Below, piece after piece: positions 42,110-51,844 of a stretch of 64,000 nt of DNA; position 1 is the first letter of the stretch; every line of letters starts with the position of its first letter. A model generated the notes under the pieces. It made no database searches. It was not told the origin of the DNA and was given only the letters and a program-made list of their open reading frames with translations. The DNA comes from an uncultured Acidobacteriota bacterium (lineage in GTDB: Bacteria > Acidobacteriota > Vicinamibacteria > Vicinamibacterales > SCN-69-37): assembly GCA_963780895.1 (NCBI GenBank), contig CAWAEG010000009.1:88025-152024 (forward strand), given 5' to 3'. Both the position numbers and the translations under genes were made by a program.

Positions 42110-43822
42110 ATGCGGCGTTCACCGTTCGCGCTGATCCGCAAGGTCGTGTTCCTGGCGATCGATGCGACTCTGCTTGCGCTCGTCGTCGGAATTCTGTTGA
42201 TTGTTCTCACCGGCGGCGCCGATTTCACGATCGCAGGCGTGCCCGTCAGCGTGCACTCGGCCGGAAACCCGGTCGCCATCGCACTCGCACTCGGCGCCCT
42301 TCGATACGCGGTCCGGCGACAGGCGCCGTTCCTCGGGCTTCGGCGCTTTCCACTGGACCAGGTCGATCGCGCGAGCGCACACGCGCTCGTCGCCATCACC
42401 CGCACCCTGGAGGGTCTCTCGAGGGATCAGGTCCGTCTTTTCGTGACGGCGTGCAGCCTGGCGGTCTTTGGAGTGAAGGTTGCCAACGCCATCGTGCATC
42501 CCGGATTCGTCACTGGTGACGACGTCGAAGTGCACGAAATGACGCTCGGCCGGCTGTTCGGTGAATCGTGGCTGGTGTGGGAGTTGCGGAGCGCGTTCTA
42601 CCCGATGACGTTCATCTACCCGGTCCAGGCGGCGCTGGCGGCGCTCGGGATCGAGGACTCGCGCACGTTGATCGTCGCTGGGCGTCTGGTGGTCGCCGCG
42701 CTCTCGACACTCGCGCTGCCGCTGTTGTTTCTGGCCGCGCGGCCGCACGGGACGGGTGTGGCACTGGTGAGCGTATTGTTCGCTGCAACGAGCGCGCTGC
42801 TGGTCGATTACGGCGGCACGGAGCTGCCGAGACCCGTTTCGACTGTGTTTGTGCTCGGCGCCTTCGTCTGCCTGGCGCGATCGACAACGTCGCGATCGGT
42901 GGCCGGGGGGGGATTGTTGGGTCTGGCGGCGGCGATGCGGTTCAGCGAGGCGCTTTTCGTCGTCCCCGCGATCGCGCAGCTCGCCATCGCGCGCCGATTC
43001 GGGGATGTCGCGCTCATGACCGTCGCGTGGTGTGTGGCCGCTGGCGCAATCCAGGGCGCGAGTGACTGGCTCTACTGGGGGACGCCCTTCTACAGCGCTC
43101 AACACATCGTGGACTTCACGCTGGTCCAGGGCTTGTCTTCACGTGGCTACGAGCCGCCCTGGCATTACCTGACGCACGTCACGTCCTGGACCAATTATCT
43201 GGTCTTCTTCCTCGCGCTTTGGGCGACGGCCCTGGGACACTGGCGAATTGCGGTCTGGGCCTGGATTCCACTTGGCCTGCTGTCGCTGTTCCCGCACAAA
43301 GAGGCGCGATACGTGATTCCGCTCGTGCCGTTCGTATGCCTGCTGGCGGCATTGGGATTATGGAAGTGCGTCGTGCTCATCCGAGATGAGCCGGTCGGAC
43401 CGAACGGATTCGGTGCTGTTCTTGCCGTCGGGCTGATCCTGGCATTGGCGGGTTCGGTCCTGGTCGAGGGCGCACGATTTCATGTCCGCCGGACCGACAA
43501 CGAGGCGCGGTTTGCGCTGGCGCTCGCCGCCGATGCCACGGTGAAAGTGCTGGCGATTGAACGATCGTGGCGGACAGGCGGACCGCTCTACCTCAAGGAT
43601 ATTCCGGCGCTGAGGATCCTGGACTCCGAGACGTTGTACCTGTACGCCTACGTGTCGCCGGATGCCTTGAACCAACCCGCCGCGGATACGGTCGCGATTA
43701 CGAAGAACACGTGCCGGCTGGCAGGATGCGACGAGCGTCTGCGCCTGGCGGGGTTCGTTGAAACGAGCACGCCGTTCAGCGCCGCGGCGAACTATCGGGT
43801 CTTCAGGCGCTCGGGGCCGTGA
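42110..43822 (+). CDS. GT-C fold membrane glycosyltransferase (Alg9/GT22-like mannosyltransferase family).
   Basis: 570-aa polytopic ORF with an acidic loop motif GDDVEVHE near the first loops and a FPHKEARYVIP motif resembling the HKEERF signature of GT22 enzymes. Confidence 0.5.
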   Translation: MRRSPFALIRKVVFLAIDATLLALVVGILLIVLTGGADFTIAGVPVSVHSAGNPVAIALALGALRYAVRRQAPFLGLRRFPLDQVDRASAHALVAITRTLEGLSRDQVRLFVTACSLAVFGVKVANAIVHPGFVTGDDVEVHEMTLGRLFGESWLVWELRSAFYPMTFIYPVQAALAALGIEDSRTLIVAGRLVVAALSTLALPLLFLAARPHGTGVALVSVLFAATSALLVDYGGTELPRPVSTVFVLGAFVCLARSTTSRSVAGGGLLGLAAAMRFSEALFVVPAIAQLAIARRFGDVALMTVAWCVAAGAIQGASDWLYWGTPFYSAQHIVDFTLVQGLSSRGYEPPWHYLTHVTSWTNYLVFFLALWATALGHWRIAVWAWIPLGLLSLFPHKEARYVIPLVPFVCLLAALGLWKCVVLIRDEPVGPNGFGAVLAVGLILALAGSVLVEGARFHVRRTDNEARFALALAADATVKVLAIERSWRTGGPLYLKDIPALRILDSETLYLYAYVSPDALNQPAADTVAITKNTCRLAGCDERLRLAGFVETSTPFSAAANYRVFRRSGP

Positions 43823-43830
43823 ACCGATCC

Positions 43831-43864
43831 AAAAAAAGAGAGAAGCCGGGGCTTGCGCCCCGGC
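43831..43864 (-). terminator. Rho-independent terminator of the minus-strand regulator/kinase operon.
   Basis: The minus strand reads gccggggc-gcaa-gccccggc followed by ttctctcttttttt, 40 nt after the stop at 43905. Confidence 0.7.
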
Positions 43865-43904
43865 CTCGCGGCGGCCATGGGAGGCCGTCGGGCAGGGCTC
43901 GGTC

Positions 43905-45324
43905 TTAGATCGAGTTCGTCGGGACCTGTTCCGGCACGACCTGCCGGCGGCTCCGCGGAATCTCGATGCTCAGGATCTTGATCTTGTAGTTCATGACGCG
44001 CGGGCTGATGCCCAGGAGCTCGGCCGCGTCCTTCTGCACCCAGTTGGACATGCGGAGCGCCTCGACGACCGCCTGGCGCTCGATCTCCTCGAGCGGGATG
44101 CCCGTCGGTGGAATCTTGACCGCCAGCGCGCGATCGCCGCCCGCCGACGCCGGCGCCGACTGTTCGCCGATCTGGAGGTCGGCCATGCCGACCAGCCCGC
44201 CGTCGGCCAGGAGCACCGCGCGCTCGATCACGTTCTCGAGCTCACGGATGTTGCCGGGCCAGTTGTGGCGCATCAGCACCTTGAGCGCGTCGCCATGCAC
44301 GCCTTCGATCTTCTTCTTGAGCTCGGCGGCGAACTTCTTCACGAAGAAGTCGGCGAGCGCCCCGATGTCGTCCTTGCGGTCCCGCAGCGGCGGCGTCTCG
44401 ACCGAGACGACGTTCAGACGGTAGAACGAGATCTTCACGGAAGCGGCCTTCCTGGACCATCGTCGTCAGATTGCGGTTGGTCGCCGCGATGATCCGGACG
44501 TCCACGCGCAGCGTGCGCGTGCCGCCCAGCCGCTCGAACTCGTGCTCCTGGAGCACGCGCAGGATCTTCGCCTGCGTGCTCGCGCTCATGTCGCCGATCT
44601 CGTCGAGGAACAGCGTCCCGCCGTCGGCCTGCTCGAACCGGCCGATGCGCTGTTTGTCGGCGCTCGTGAACGCGCCCTTCTCGTGACCGAAGAGCTCGGA
44701 CTCGAGCAGGTTTTCCTGGAGCGCCGCACAGTTGACCTTGACGAACGCGCGGTTCGCCCGGTGCGAGTTGTGGTGGATGGCGCCGGCGATGAGCTCCTTG
44801 CCCGTGCCCGTTTCTCCTTTGATCAGCACAGTCGAGTTGCTGCGCGCCACCTTCTTCACGATCGTGAGCACTTGCTGCAACGCGCCGCTCGCGCCGACGA
44901 TGCGGTCGAAGTCGTAGATGTCCTGCTGCTCGTGCCGGAGGTACTCGACCTGGTACTTGAGGTGCCGCAGCTCGATCGCCTTCTCGATCTTGAGCTCCAT
45001 CTCCTCGATCTCGAACGGCTTCTGGACGAAGTCGAACGCGCCGATCTTCATCGCCTCGACCGCGGTGTGGATGGACCCGAACGCCGTCATCAGGATGACG
45101 GCCGCGCTCGGCTGGATCGATCGCGTCGTGCGCAGCACGTCCATGCCATCGGCGCCGCCCATCCGCAGGTCGGTCAGGACCACGTCGAACTGGCTGTCCT
45201 GCAGCCGCTCGATAGCCACCGTGCCGTTCGGGGCCTCTTCCACGTCATGGCCGGCATTGGCCAGCGCGCGGACGAGGCCCTTGCGCAGCGAATCGTGATC
45301 GTCCACTACCAGAATGCGTCCCAT
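43905..45324 (-). pseudogene. NtrC-family sigma-54-dependent response regulator. Frame broken by one extra base at ~44428.
   Basis: REC ([11 protein letters not shown]...[11 protein letters not shown]), AAA+ ([14 protein letters not shown]) and ...GRFREDL are in ORF 44242..45324. [31 protein letters not shown] and the HTH AAELLGISPRVMNYKI are in ORF 43905..44438. Confidence 0.85.
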
Positions 45325-45327
45325 TGC

Positions 45328-46512
45328 TCATCTGCTCCGTTCAGAGGGTACGACCGGAAGAGTCACGCGGAATGTCGCCCCATGCCCACGGGCCGAGACC
45401 GCGTCGATATGTCCGTCGTGCGCGTCGACCACCTTGCGCACGATTGCCAGGCCGAGGCCGGTGCCCTGCGGCTTGGTCGTGAAAAACGGACTGAAAATCC
45501 GCTCGAGATCGTCGGGCGAGATGCCCGGACCGTTGTCCCGCACTTCGACGACGACTTGCGGCGGCTGCGGCTCCGTCGCGCCTGCGGGCTCTTCTTCGCC
45601 CGGCAGCAGCGTGCCGCGAATCTCCACGTGACCCTCGCCGCCGAGCGCTTCGAACGCGTTGGCGAGAAGGTTCGAAAACAGCTGGCGCAGCTGGTGCCCG
45701 TCGGCGAGCAGCGGCGGCACTTCGGGCGCGAGGTGCATCCCGATCGACACGGCGCCGCGGCGCATCTTGCCCTCGGCCATCGTGATGGAATCCTTGATGA
45801 CGTCGTCGAGCGCCGCGCGCTCGACCTGGAGCTGGATCGGGCGGACGAACTCGAGGACTTCGACCACGATGGCGTTGGCCATCTTGGCTTCTTTGATGAT
45901 GTCGTTGAGCGTCTCGAGCGCTTCGCCTTCGTTCGGCAGCTGGCGCTTGAGCACGCCGGCCATGACCTCGATGCTCGCGAGCGGGTTCTTGACCTCGTGC
46001 GCGATCGCCGCGGCCATCTCGCCGAGCGTCGCCAGCCGGTCGCGCAGCCGCTCGCGCTCTTCGAGCTGCTCGACGCGCGTCAGATCCTTGAAGAACAGCG
46101 TCGCGCCGACCATGCGATCGTCATCGTCGTGGATGTGCGACAGCGTGTAGCCGATGGCACGCCCCGTCTTGCGCAGACGCATCTCGGCGCGGTTCGGCAG
46201 GTCGGCGCTGTCGAACGCCTGCTGCAGGACGCGCGTCACTTCGGGGCAGTCCGTCAGGACTTCGGGAAACGGTCGGCCGATGTCCGTCGGCCGCTGCGTG
46301 AGACCGAGCAGCCGGTAGGCCATGTCGTTCATCGCCGCGACGTGACCGTCGCGCGTGATCGCCAGCACGCCCGTGCGCAGATTGAAGACGAGATGCCGGA
46401 AGAAGCGATCGCCCAACGCGTCCTCCGTTCCCGAGGCATCATTCCGGCGGGCGAGGTCCACACGGACGATTCGCCGATCTACCGGCCTGGCAGGGCTGCT
46501 CTGGCGTGACAT
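45328..46512 (-). CDS. PAS-domain sensor histidine kinase (cytoplasmic, NtrB/AtoS-like).
   Basis: H-box AAAIAHEVKNPLASI, N-box FSNLLANAFEA, DNGPGI and GTGLGLAIVRK. It ends 3 nt before the regulator start. Confidence 0.85.
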   Translation of the reverse strand: MSRQSSPARPVDRRIVRVDLARRNDASGTEDALGDRFFRHLVFNLRTGVLAITRDGHVAAMNDMAYRLLGLTQRPTDIGRPFPEVLTDCPEVTRVLQQAFDSADLPNRAEMRLRKTGRAIGYTLSHIHDDDDRMVGATLFFKDLTRVEQLEERERLRDRLATLGEMAAAIAHEVKNPLASIEVMAGVLKRQLPNEGEALETLNDIIKEAKMANAIVVEVLEFVRPIQLQVERAALDDVIKDSITMAEGKMRRGAVSIGMHLAPEVPPLLADGHQLRQLFSNLLANAFEALGGEGHVEIRGTLLPGEEEPAGATEPQPPQVVVEVRDNGPGISPDDLERIFSPFFTTKPQGTGLGLAIVRKVVDAHDGHIDAVSARGHGATFRVTLPVVPSERSR

Positions 46513-46634
46513 CGTTTAGTCTCCCGTTCGGGCGACCAGCTATAAGGCAAGGGCCGTACCCGGACGAATGGGCCTTTTACACACGAAAACTGTGAGTAAG
46601 GCGCTCGGAGACTACGTTCGTGGGGTCCAATGAT

Positions 46635-46676
46635 TACAGAACGGGTGCCGACTTACAAACTTGTAACAGTTCTGTA
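46635..46676. other. Nested palindrome directly after the ABC-F stop, in an AT-rich spacer.
   Basis: Outer arms are tacagaac ... gttctgta. The inner perfect palindrome is ttacaa-ac-ttgtaa (46653-46666). Confidence 0.5.
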
Positions 46677-46679
46677 CTA

Positions 46680-48764
46680 TTACTCTGAGACCTCCTGTGT
46701 TTGCAGTGCTTCCCACTGATTCATGAGGTCTCCGACCTCCCACATCAGGGCCTGGTGTCGGGTCACTGACGCTTCGGCCTGCTCGCGCGCGTCGTAAAAG
46801 CCCGGCTCAGCCATCTTCGCTTCGAGCTCGCGGATTTCGCTTTCCCGCGCGGCGATCCGCTCTTCGAGCTCGGCAATGCGGCGGGCCCGGTCATCGGCCG
46901 CCCGCTTTCGACGGCGATGTTCGGAGTCCGCCTTCTTTTTTTCTTCATAGGAGACTGGTGGTTGGTCCTGCCGAACGGCGGGCCGCTCGGCATGACGCCT
47001 TGCCGGCTGGCCGGGTCGCTGGGTCTCCCGGTTCCCGCCGATCGGGCGTGCCGTCCCCCTGGCTTCCCGTGTGCGGAGCTCGCGGGTTCCCAAGCCCGCG
47101 GCCGGTCCGGGCTCTTTCACCGTGACGCCGGCGGATGGCCCTGAGCTGTCAGTTTCCTGACGTCGCGCCCGGCTCCAGAGGAACTCCTCGTAGGTTCCTG
47201 GATAAACCTCGAGGGTCTCGTGACCGACCTCGATGATTTTGGTCGCGAGCTTGTCCACGAAGTAGCGGTCGTGCGACACGAAGATCAGCGTCCCGCCAAA
47301 GTCGTCGAGGGCGTCGAGCAGCACGTCCTTGGAATCGAGGTCGAGGTGGTTCGTCGGCTCGTCGAGGAGCAGGGTGTTCGCCGGACGGAGGAGCATGCGC
47401 GCGACCGCGAGCCGCGTGCGCTCGCCGCCCGAGAGGACGCCCGCGCGCTTGTAGATGTCGTCGCCCGAGAACAGGAACCCGCCGAGGATATTGCGGATCA
47501 TCGGCACCATGCCGACTGGCGAGTCGGCCTGCATGATCTCGTAGACGGTGCGGCCGGGCTCCAGGCGGGTCGCTTCGTCCTGCGCGAAGTACTGCATCAC
47601 GACCTGGTGGCCTTCGCGGCGCGCGCCTTCGTCCGGCGGTTCGACGCCGGCGAGCAGCCGCATCAGCGTGGACTTGCCGGCGCCGTTTGGCGCCACGAGC
47701 GCGATGCGATCGCCCCGCTCGACGTGAAGCCGGATGTCGTCGAGCACGACGTTCGTGCCATAGGCCTTGCGCACGCCTTCGAGCTCGATGACGGTCCGGC
47801 CGCTCTTCGGGCACGACGGAAACGTGAAGCGCACCCGCTTCCGCTCGGCTGGCACCTCGATCGGCACGACGCGGTCGAGCATCTTGATCCGGCTCTGTAC
47901 TTGCGCGGCTTTGGTCGCCTGGTAGCGAAACCGATCGATGAAGGCCTTCATGCGCGCGACTTGTTCGTCCTGCTCCTTCTTCGCCTGCCGGAGCCGTTCG
48001 AGCCTTGCGTCGCGCTCCACGAGGTACTGCGAATACGTGCCCGTGTAGTCCGTAATCGTCCGCAGCGAGATCTCGGCGATGCGCGTGACGACCGAGTCGA
48101 GGAAAAACCGGTCGTGCGAGACGAGGATCACGGCGTGCGGATAGGACGAGAGGTACCCCTCGAGCCAGTTCCGGGCGTCGAGGTCGAGATGGTTGGTCGG
48201 CTCGTCGAGCAGGAGCAGCGTCGGGCGGCCGAGCAGCAGCTTGGCGAGCGCGATGCGCATCTGCCAGCCGCCCGAAAACGTCTCGGTCGGTTTCGTGAAG
48301 TCCGCTTTGCCGAATCCGAGGCCGGCGAGCACCTGCGTCACGCGCAGGTCGATGCTGTGGCCGTCCTCACGCCGGAAGAAATCCGTGAGCTCGTGATACC
48401 GGACGAGGAGCGTCTCGTGTTCGCCCTCGGGGAGCGACGGGTCGGCGAGGTCGTGCTCGATTCGATCGATCTCGGTTTTGGCCTCGAGGAGCGGCGCGAA
48501 GGCGAGCGACGCCTCGTCGAACAGCGTGCGTCCGGAATGGTCGAGCCCGTCCTGCGGCAGATAGCCGACGGTGAGCGCCGCGGGGCGGATGATCGCGCCG
48601 CGGTCCGGCTGGTCGAGGCCGGCGAGCATGCGGAGCAGCGTCGTCTTGCCGGCGCCGTTGGGACCGGCGAGCCCGACGCGTTCGCCGCTGGTGACCTGCC
48701 ACGTCACCTCGTCGAGCAGGACCCGTTCCCCGAAGGCCTTCGTGAGGGCCTGAAGCTGGATCAA
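46680..48764 (-). CDS. ABC-F family ATPase (translation-factor type, Uup/EttA-like) with a long basic linker and coiled-coil tail.
   Basis: Two ABC modules (GPNGAGKTT, APNGAGKST), signatures FSGGWQMR and LSGGERTR, no TM domain. TTG start (MIQLQALTKAFG). Confidence 0.85.
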   Translation of the reverse strand: MIQLQALTKAFGERVLLDEVTWQVTSGERVGLAGPNGAGKTTLLRMLAGLDQPDRGAIIRPAALTVGYLPQDGLDHSGRTLFDEASLAFAPLLEAKTEIDRIEHDLADPSLPEGEHETLLVRYHELTDFFRREDGHSIDLRVTQVLAGLGFGKADFTKPTETFSGGWQMRIALAKLLLGRPTLLLLDEPTNHLDLDARNWLEGYLSSYPHAVILVSHDRFFLDSVVTRIAEISLRTITDYTGTYSQYLVERDARLERLRQAKKEQDEQVARMKAFIDRFRYQATKAAQVQSRIKMLDRVVPIEVPAERKRVRFTFPSCPKSGRTVIELEGVRKAYGTNVVLDDIRLHVERGDRIALVAPNGAGKSTLMRLLAGVEPPDEGARREGHQVVMQYFAQDEATRLEPGRTVYEIMQADSPVGMVPMIRNILGGFLFSGDDIYKRAGVLSGGERTRLAVARMLLRPANTLLLDEPTNHLDLDSKDVLLDALDDFGGTLIFVSHDRYFVDKLATKIIEVGHETLEVYPGTYEEFLWSRARRQETDSSGPSAGVTVKEPGPAAGLGTRELRTREARGTARPIGGNRETQRPGQPARRHAERPAVRQDQPPVSYEEKKKADSEHRRRKRAADDRARRIAELEERIAARESEIRELEAKMAEPGFYDAREQAEASVTRHQALMWEVGDLMNQWEALQTQEVSE

Positions 48765-48820
48765 ATGACCTCTGAGGTCATTTTATGAGAAGGAGAAAAA
48801 ATGACCTCAGAGGTCTTCTC
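48763..48820. repeat. ATGACCTCnGAGGTC double-palindrome element, copy 1.
   Basis: aaatgacctctgaggtcatttt - atgagaaggag - aaaaaatgacctcagaggtcttctc. It spans the whole spacer from the regulator stop (48819-48821) to the ABC-F TTG (48764). Confidence 0.85.
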
Positions 48821-49382
48821 AGACCGCCGCGGGTTCCCCGAGCGCACGCGCGGCGACAGCCAACACGCGCTCCATGCGGAACGGCTTGGTCAGATATCCG
48901 GACACCCCGAGGTTGATCGCTTCGATCGCACTGGCTTCCGTCGAGTAGGCCGTGATGATGATGATCGGCAGATCGGGGAAGTGCCGGCGCGTTTCGCGGA
49001 TCACCGAGAGGCCGTCCATGCCAGGCATCTTGAGATCCGTGATGAGCAGGTCGAACGGGCTGGTCGGCTGACTCGTCTGCAGGCGCTCGAGCGCCGTCGG
49101 GCCGTCTTCAGCTGTTTCCACGTCGTAGTCGGCGGTGGCGAGGTATTTCGAGACGAGATCGCGAACGGCCTGTTCGTCGTCGACCACGAGAACGCGCGGG
49201 CGCTCGCCGATCTTGCGATGTCCAGTCAGCCAGGCGTCGATGTCGCGCTTGCGGAACCGCCATTGCCGCCCGACACGGACCGCCGGAATCTTGCCGGCCT
49301 TGATCAATCGATAGATCGTGCGGAGATTGATATGGAGGTAGTCGAGCAGTTCGTCGGTGGTGAGGTAATGGTCGGCGTTCAT
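48819..49382 (-). CDS. Response regulator with an N-terminal excisionase/MerR-type HTH and a C-terminal receiver domain.
   Basis: HTH LTTDELLDYLHINLRTIYRLIKAGKIPAVRVGRQWRF, then REC RVLVVDDEQAVR...LLITDLKMPGMDG...YLTKPF. Confidence 0.8.
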   Translation of the reverse strand: MNADHYLTTDELLDYLHINLRTIYRLIKAGKIPAVRVGRQWRFRKRDIDAWLTGHRKIGERPRVLVVDDEQAVRDLVSKYLATADYDVETAEDGPTALERLQTSQPTSPFDLLITDLKMPGMDGLSVIRETRRHFPDLPIIIITAYSTEASAIEAINLGVSGYLTKPFRMERVLAVAARALGEPAAV

Positions 49383-49614
49383 ACCGATGAGGCGACCAGA
49401 CCCCCGCCAGTCCGGAGCCGGTGCCGCAGTCTAACACGCCGATTTCCCCGCTGGACCCCGGCGCCGCGTGCCGGCGTGGCCGGGCCGTGAGCGACACCGT
49501 ATACTGCAGATCTGGGCGTAATTATGTGGCGTACCGACTGGCCGACTTCACAGGCCGTCTAATCTGCAGAGCGCGCGATGGGTCGACGAGCGGGTCGCGC
49601 GGTCAGGCGCGTCA

Positions 49615-50223
49615 ATGACCCCGACGGATGAGGAACTCGTTGCCCGCGCCTCCGCGGGCGACCTGGAAAGCTTCAACCAGCTCGTTACACGCTGGGAGAG
49701 GCCGATCTATGCTCTGGCGTACCGGACGCTGGGTCGTGAAGAAGACGCTCGCGATGTCGTGCAGGAAGCCTTCCTCCGGGCCTACCGCGGCCTTCGCGGG
49801 TTCAAGGGACAGGCGAAGTTCTCGTCATGGCTGTATCGGATCACGCTGAACCTCTGCCGCGACTGGATCCGGCGCGAGCGGCGTGCGCCGCTCGTTCAGG
49901 TGCCGGAAGGCACCGATCCGGTGGAACTGGCCGATGAGCGGGTCGCGCCGACTGAATCGGTCGAGGAGCTCGTCGCACGACGCGAGCTGTCAGAGGCGGT
50001 CGCGCTGGCGATGGCCGAGCTGCCGGAGGAACAGCGCACGGCGATCATGTTGAAGGAGTACCACGGCCTGACGTTTCAGGAGATTGCGGACATGCTCGAC
50101 TGTCCGCTCAGCACCGTGAAGACGCGTCTCTATCAGGGGCTCTCTGTTCTGCGTCGCCGACTGGAGCGGAGGCAGGCGGAGGCGGCGAGCCTGAGACGCG
50201 CGACGTGGGAAAGCAGTACATGA
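49615..50223 (+). CDS. ECF-type sigma-70 family factor.
   Basis: Region 2 is DVVQEAFLRAYRGLRGFKGQAKFSSWLYRITLNLCRDW and region 4 is TFQEIADMLDCPLSTVKTRLYQG. Confidence 0.85.
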   Translation: MTPTDEELVARASAGDLESFNQLVTRWERPIYALAYRTLGREEDARDVVQEAFLRAYRGLRGFKGQAKFSSWLYRITLNLCRDWIRRERRAPLVQVPEGTDPVELADERVAPTESVEELVARRELSEAVALAMAELPEEQRTAIMLKEYHGLTFQEIADMLDCPLSTVKTRLYQGLSVLRRRLERRQAEAASLRRATWESST

Positions 50224-50342
50224 AACTTAGAACTTCAAACTTCAAACTTCGAACTTCGAACGACAGACCCGGGACGTCGAAATCGGCGTTCATGTGACCG
50301 GGTTCGAAAGTTCGAAGTTTGACGTTCGGAGTTCGAAGTTTC
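50222..50342. repeat. ~120-nt heptamer-word hairpin (gaacttc / gaagttc arms) between the sigma and anti-sigma genes.
   Basis: Left arm gaaacttagaacttcaaacttcaaacttcgaacttcgaac pairs with right arm gttcgaaagttcgaagtttgacgttcggagttcgaagtttc. The inner stem continues (acccgg/ccgggt). Confidence 0.8.
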
Positions 50343-50352
50343 CGTGAGGTAG

Positions 50353-51039
50353 ATGCCAGCTATGTGCGATGAACGCGAACGACTCATTGGGTACGTCTAC
50401 GACGACTGCGATCCTGCCGAGCGTCGGGCGATCGAGGAACACCTCGAGGACTGCGGGACGTGCCGGGCGGAGATCAGCGGGCTGCGGAGCGTGCGCCAGG
50501 ATCTGCTGGCGTGGGACGTGCCGCCGCACGAGGCGATCTGGCGTCCGCTTCCGGCAGCGCGAGTCTTGCCGTGGTATCGCCAGGTGCCCGTATGGGCGAT
50601 GGCGGCCGCGGCCGGCGTGATGTTCCTCGTCGGCGCCGCTGGCGGCGTCGTCACCCACGCCCTCGTGCCACATACGCAGCCGACGACGACGGTCGCCAAC
50701 GGTTCCCCTGAGCAGATCATTCCGGCTGGGGTCACGGAGAGCCGGCTCTCGGAAGTCGAGCAGCGGATGGTCGACATGATGCGCGCCGAGCTGGGCAAGC
50801 GTCAGGTGGTCGCGAACGGACCGGTCCCCGCTCGGGTCGTCCCGGCCTCGATGGGGCCGGATCTCCTGTCTGCGCGGATGAATGAAATCGTCGGCGCGAG
50901 TGAACAGCGTCAGTGGGAGATCGTGCGAGACGTTCAGAACGAAATTGACAGGTCGTTCCGAGCGTTGAAGCAGGAAGTCAACGGTCTGAAGGCTGCTGTT
51001 CAGGAAGTCGTCCTGATGCAGAGCGGCGGCGGCCGATGA
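50353..51039 (+). CDS. Anti-sigma factor (zf-HC2 type, single-pass membrane).
   Basis: N-terminal H-x3-C-x2-C context EEHLEDCGTCRAEISGL and one TM helix (VWAMAAAAGVMFLVGAAGGVV). Confidence 0.7.
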   Translation: MPAMCDERERLIGYVYDDCDPAERRAIEEHLEDCGTCRAEISGLRSVRQDLLAWDVPPHEAIWRPLPAARVLPWYRQVPVWAMAAAAGVMFLVGAAGGVVTHALVPHTQPTTTVANGSPEQIIPAGVTESRLSEVEQRMVDMMRAELGKRQVVANGPVPARVVPASMGPDLLSARMNEIVGASEQRQWEIVRDVQNEIDRSFRALKQEVNGLKAAVQEVVLMQSGGGR

Positions 51040-51827
51040 GGCGCGGAGGTCCGAAGGTGGGATCCCGATTCTGCGTTATTGTCGCAATCTGTGCGATGTC
51101 GGCGGGCGTGGCGGCGCAGCGGGCCGAACCGCAGGGACAGCCCCCTGCACCTGACGCCCAGCTCGAGCGAATAAAAGCGGAGGTCCGCACGTTTGAGATC
51201 GTGCTGTTCCGGTCGATCGAAACGGCCGGACAGAACCTGGCCGCGTGGGCTCAGACCAAAGTCCCGAACGTCGTGCTGTCGCCGTCGGCCGATCCCGTCG
51301 TGAACGGGTTTCCGGCGCCCAGCTCCGATCTGGTCTTCATGGTTCGGATTCCGGAACTCTCCGGCTTAACGGTCTTCAATACGGGCCAGCGATTTTTCCC
51401 GTCGCCGTCCGTCGTCGTCCAGCCTGACGCCACCGGAGGCGCGGCGCGGCCAGTCTCTACCGGGACACAAACGGGCGACCCGAAGCCGCCCGACGGCAGA
51501 GTCGCGAGCACGACAAACGTCGTCCCGGACGATCCGATGAAGGGCGGGACGGCGGGTCCGCCGAATCCGAACACCATGTATTCGGACTTCGTCCGGCTCA
51601 GTCTCATGGACGCGATGCTGGATAGCTCAGGTGTGTTGACGGTGAAGGACGGCCAGTGGCTCACCGTGGTCGCGATCCCGATCGACGTACTGGTGACCAA
51701 CCCGTACTATCGGAACACGTCACGCAAGCTCATCCTCAGTATCAAAGGGGAAGATCTGGTGGCGCTTCGCGCCGGGAAGATCACCCGGGACGAAGCGAAA
51801 CTGAAGATGGTTGAAATGCGGTTCTGA
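51036..51827 (+). CDS. Hypothetical secreted protein.
   Basis: 263-aa ORF with a signal-like N-terminus FCVIVAICAMSAGVAA. Its start overlaps the anti-sigma stop by 4 nt. I recognise no motif. Confidence 0.6.
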   Translation: MRRGGPKVGSRFCVIVAICAMSAGVAAQRAEPQGQPPAPDAQLERIKAEVRTFEIVLFRSIETAGQNLAAWAQTKVPNVVLSPSADPVVNGFPAPSSDLVFMVRIPELSGLTVFNTGQRFFPSPSVVVQPDATGGAARPVSTGTQTGDPKPPDGRVASTTNVVPDDPMKGGTAGPPNPNTMYSDFVRLSLMDAMLDSSGVLTVKDGQWLTVVAIPIDVLVTNPYYRNTSRKLILSIKGEDLVALRAGKITRDEAKLKMVEMRF

Positions 51828-51844
51828 TCTACAATCGCCCGGCC

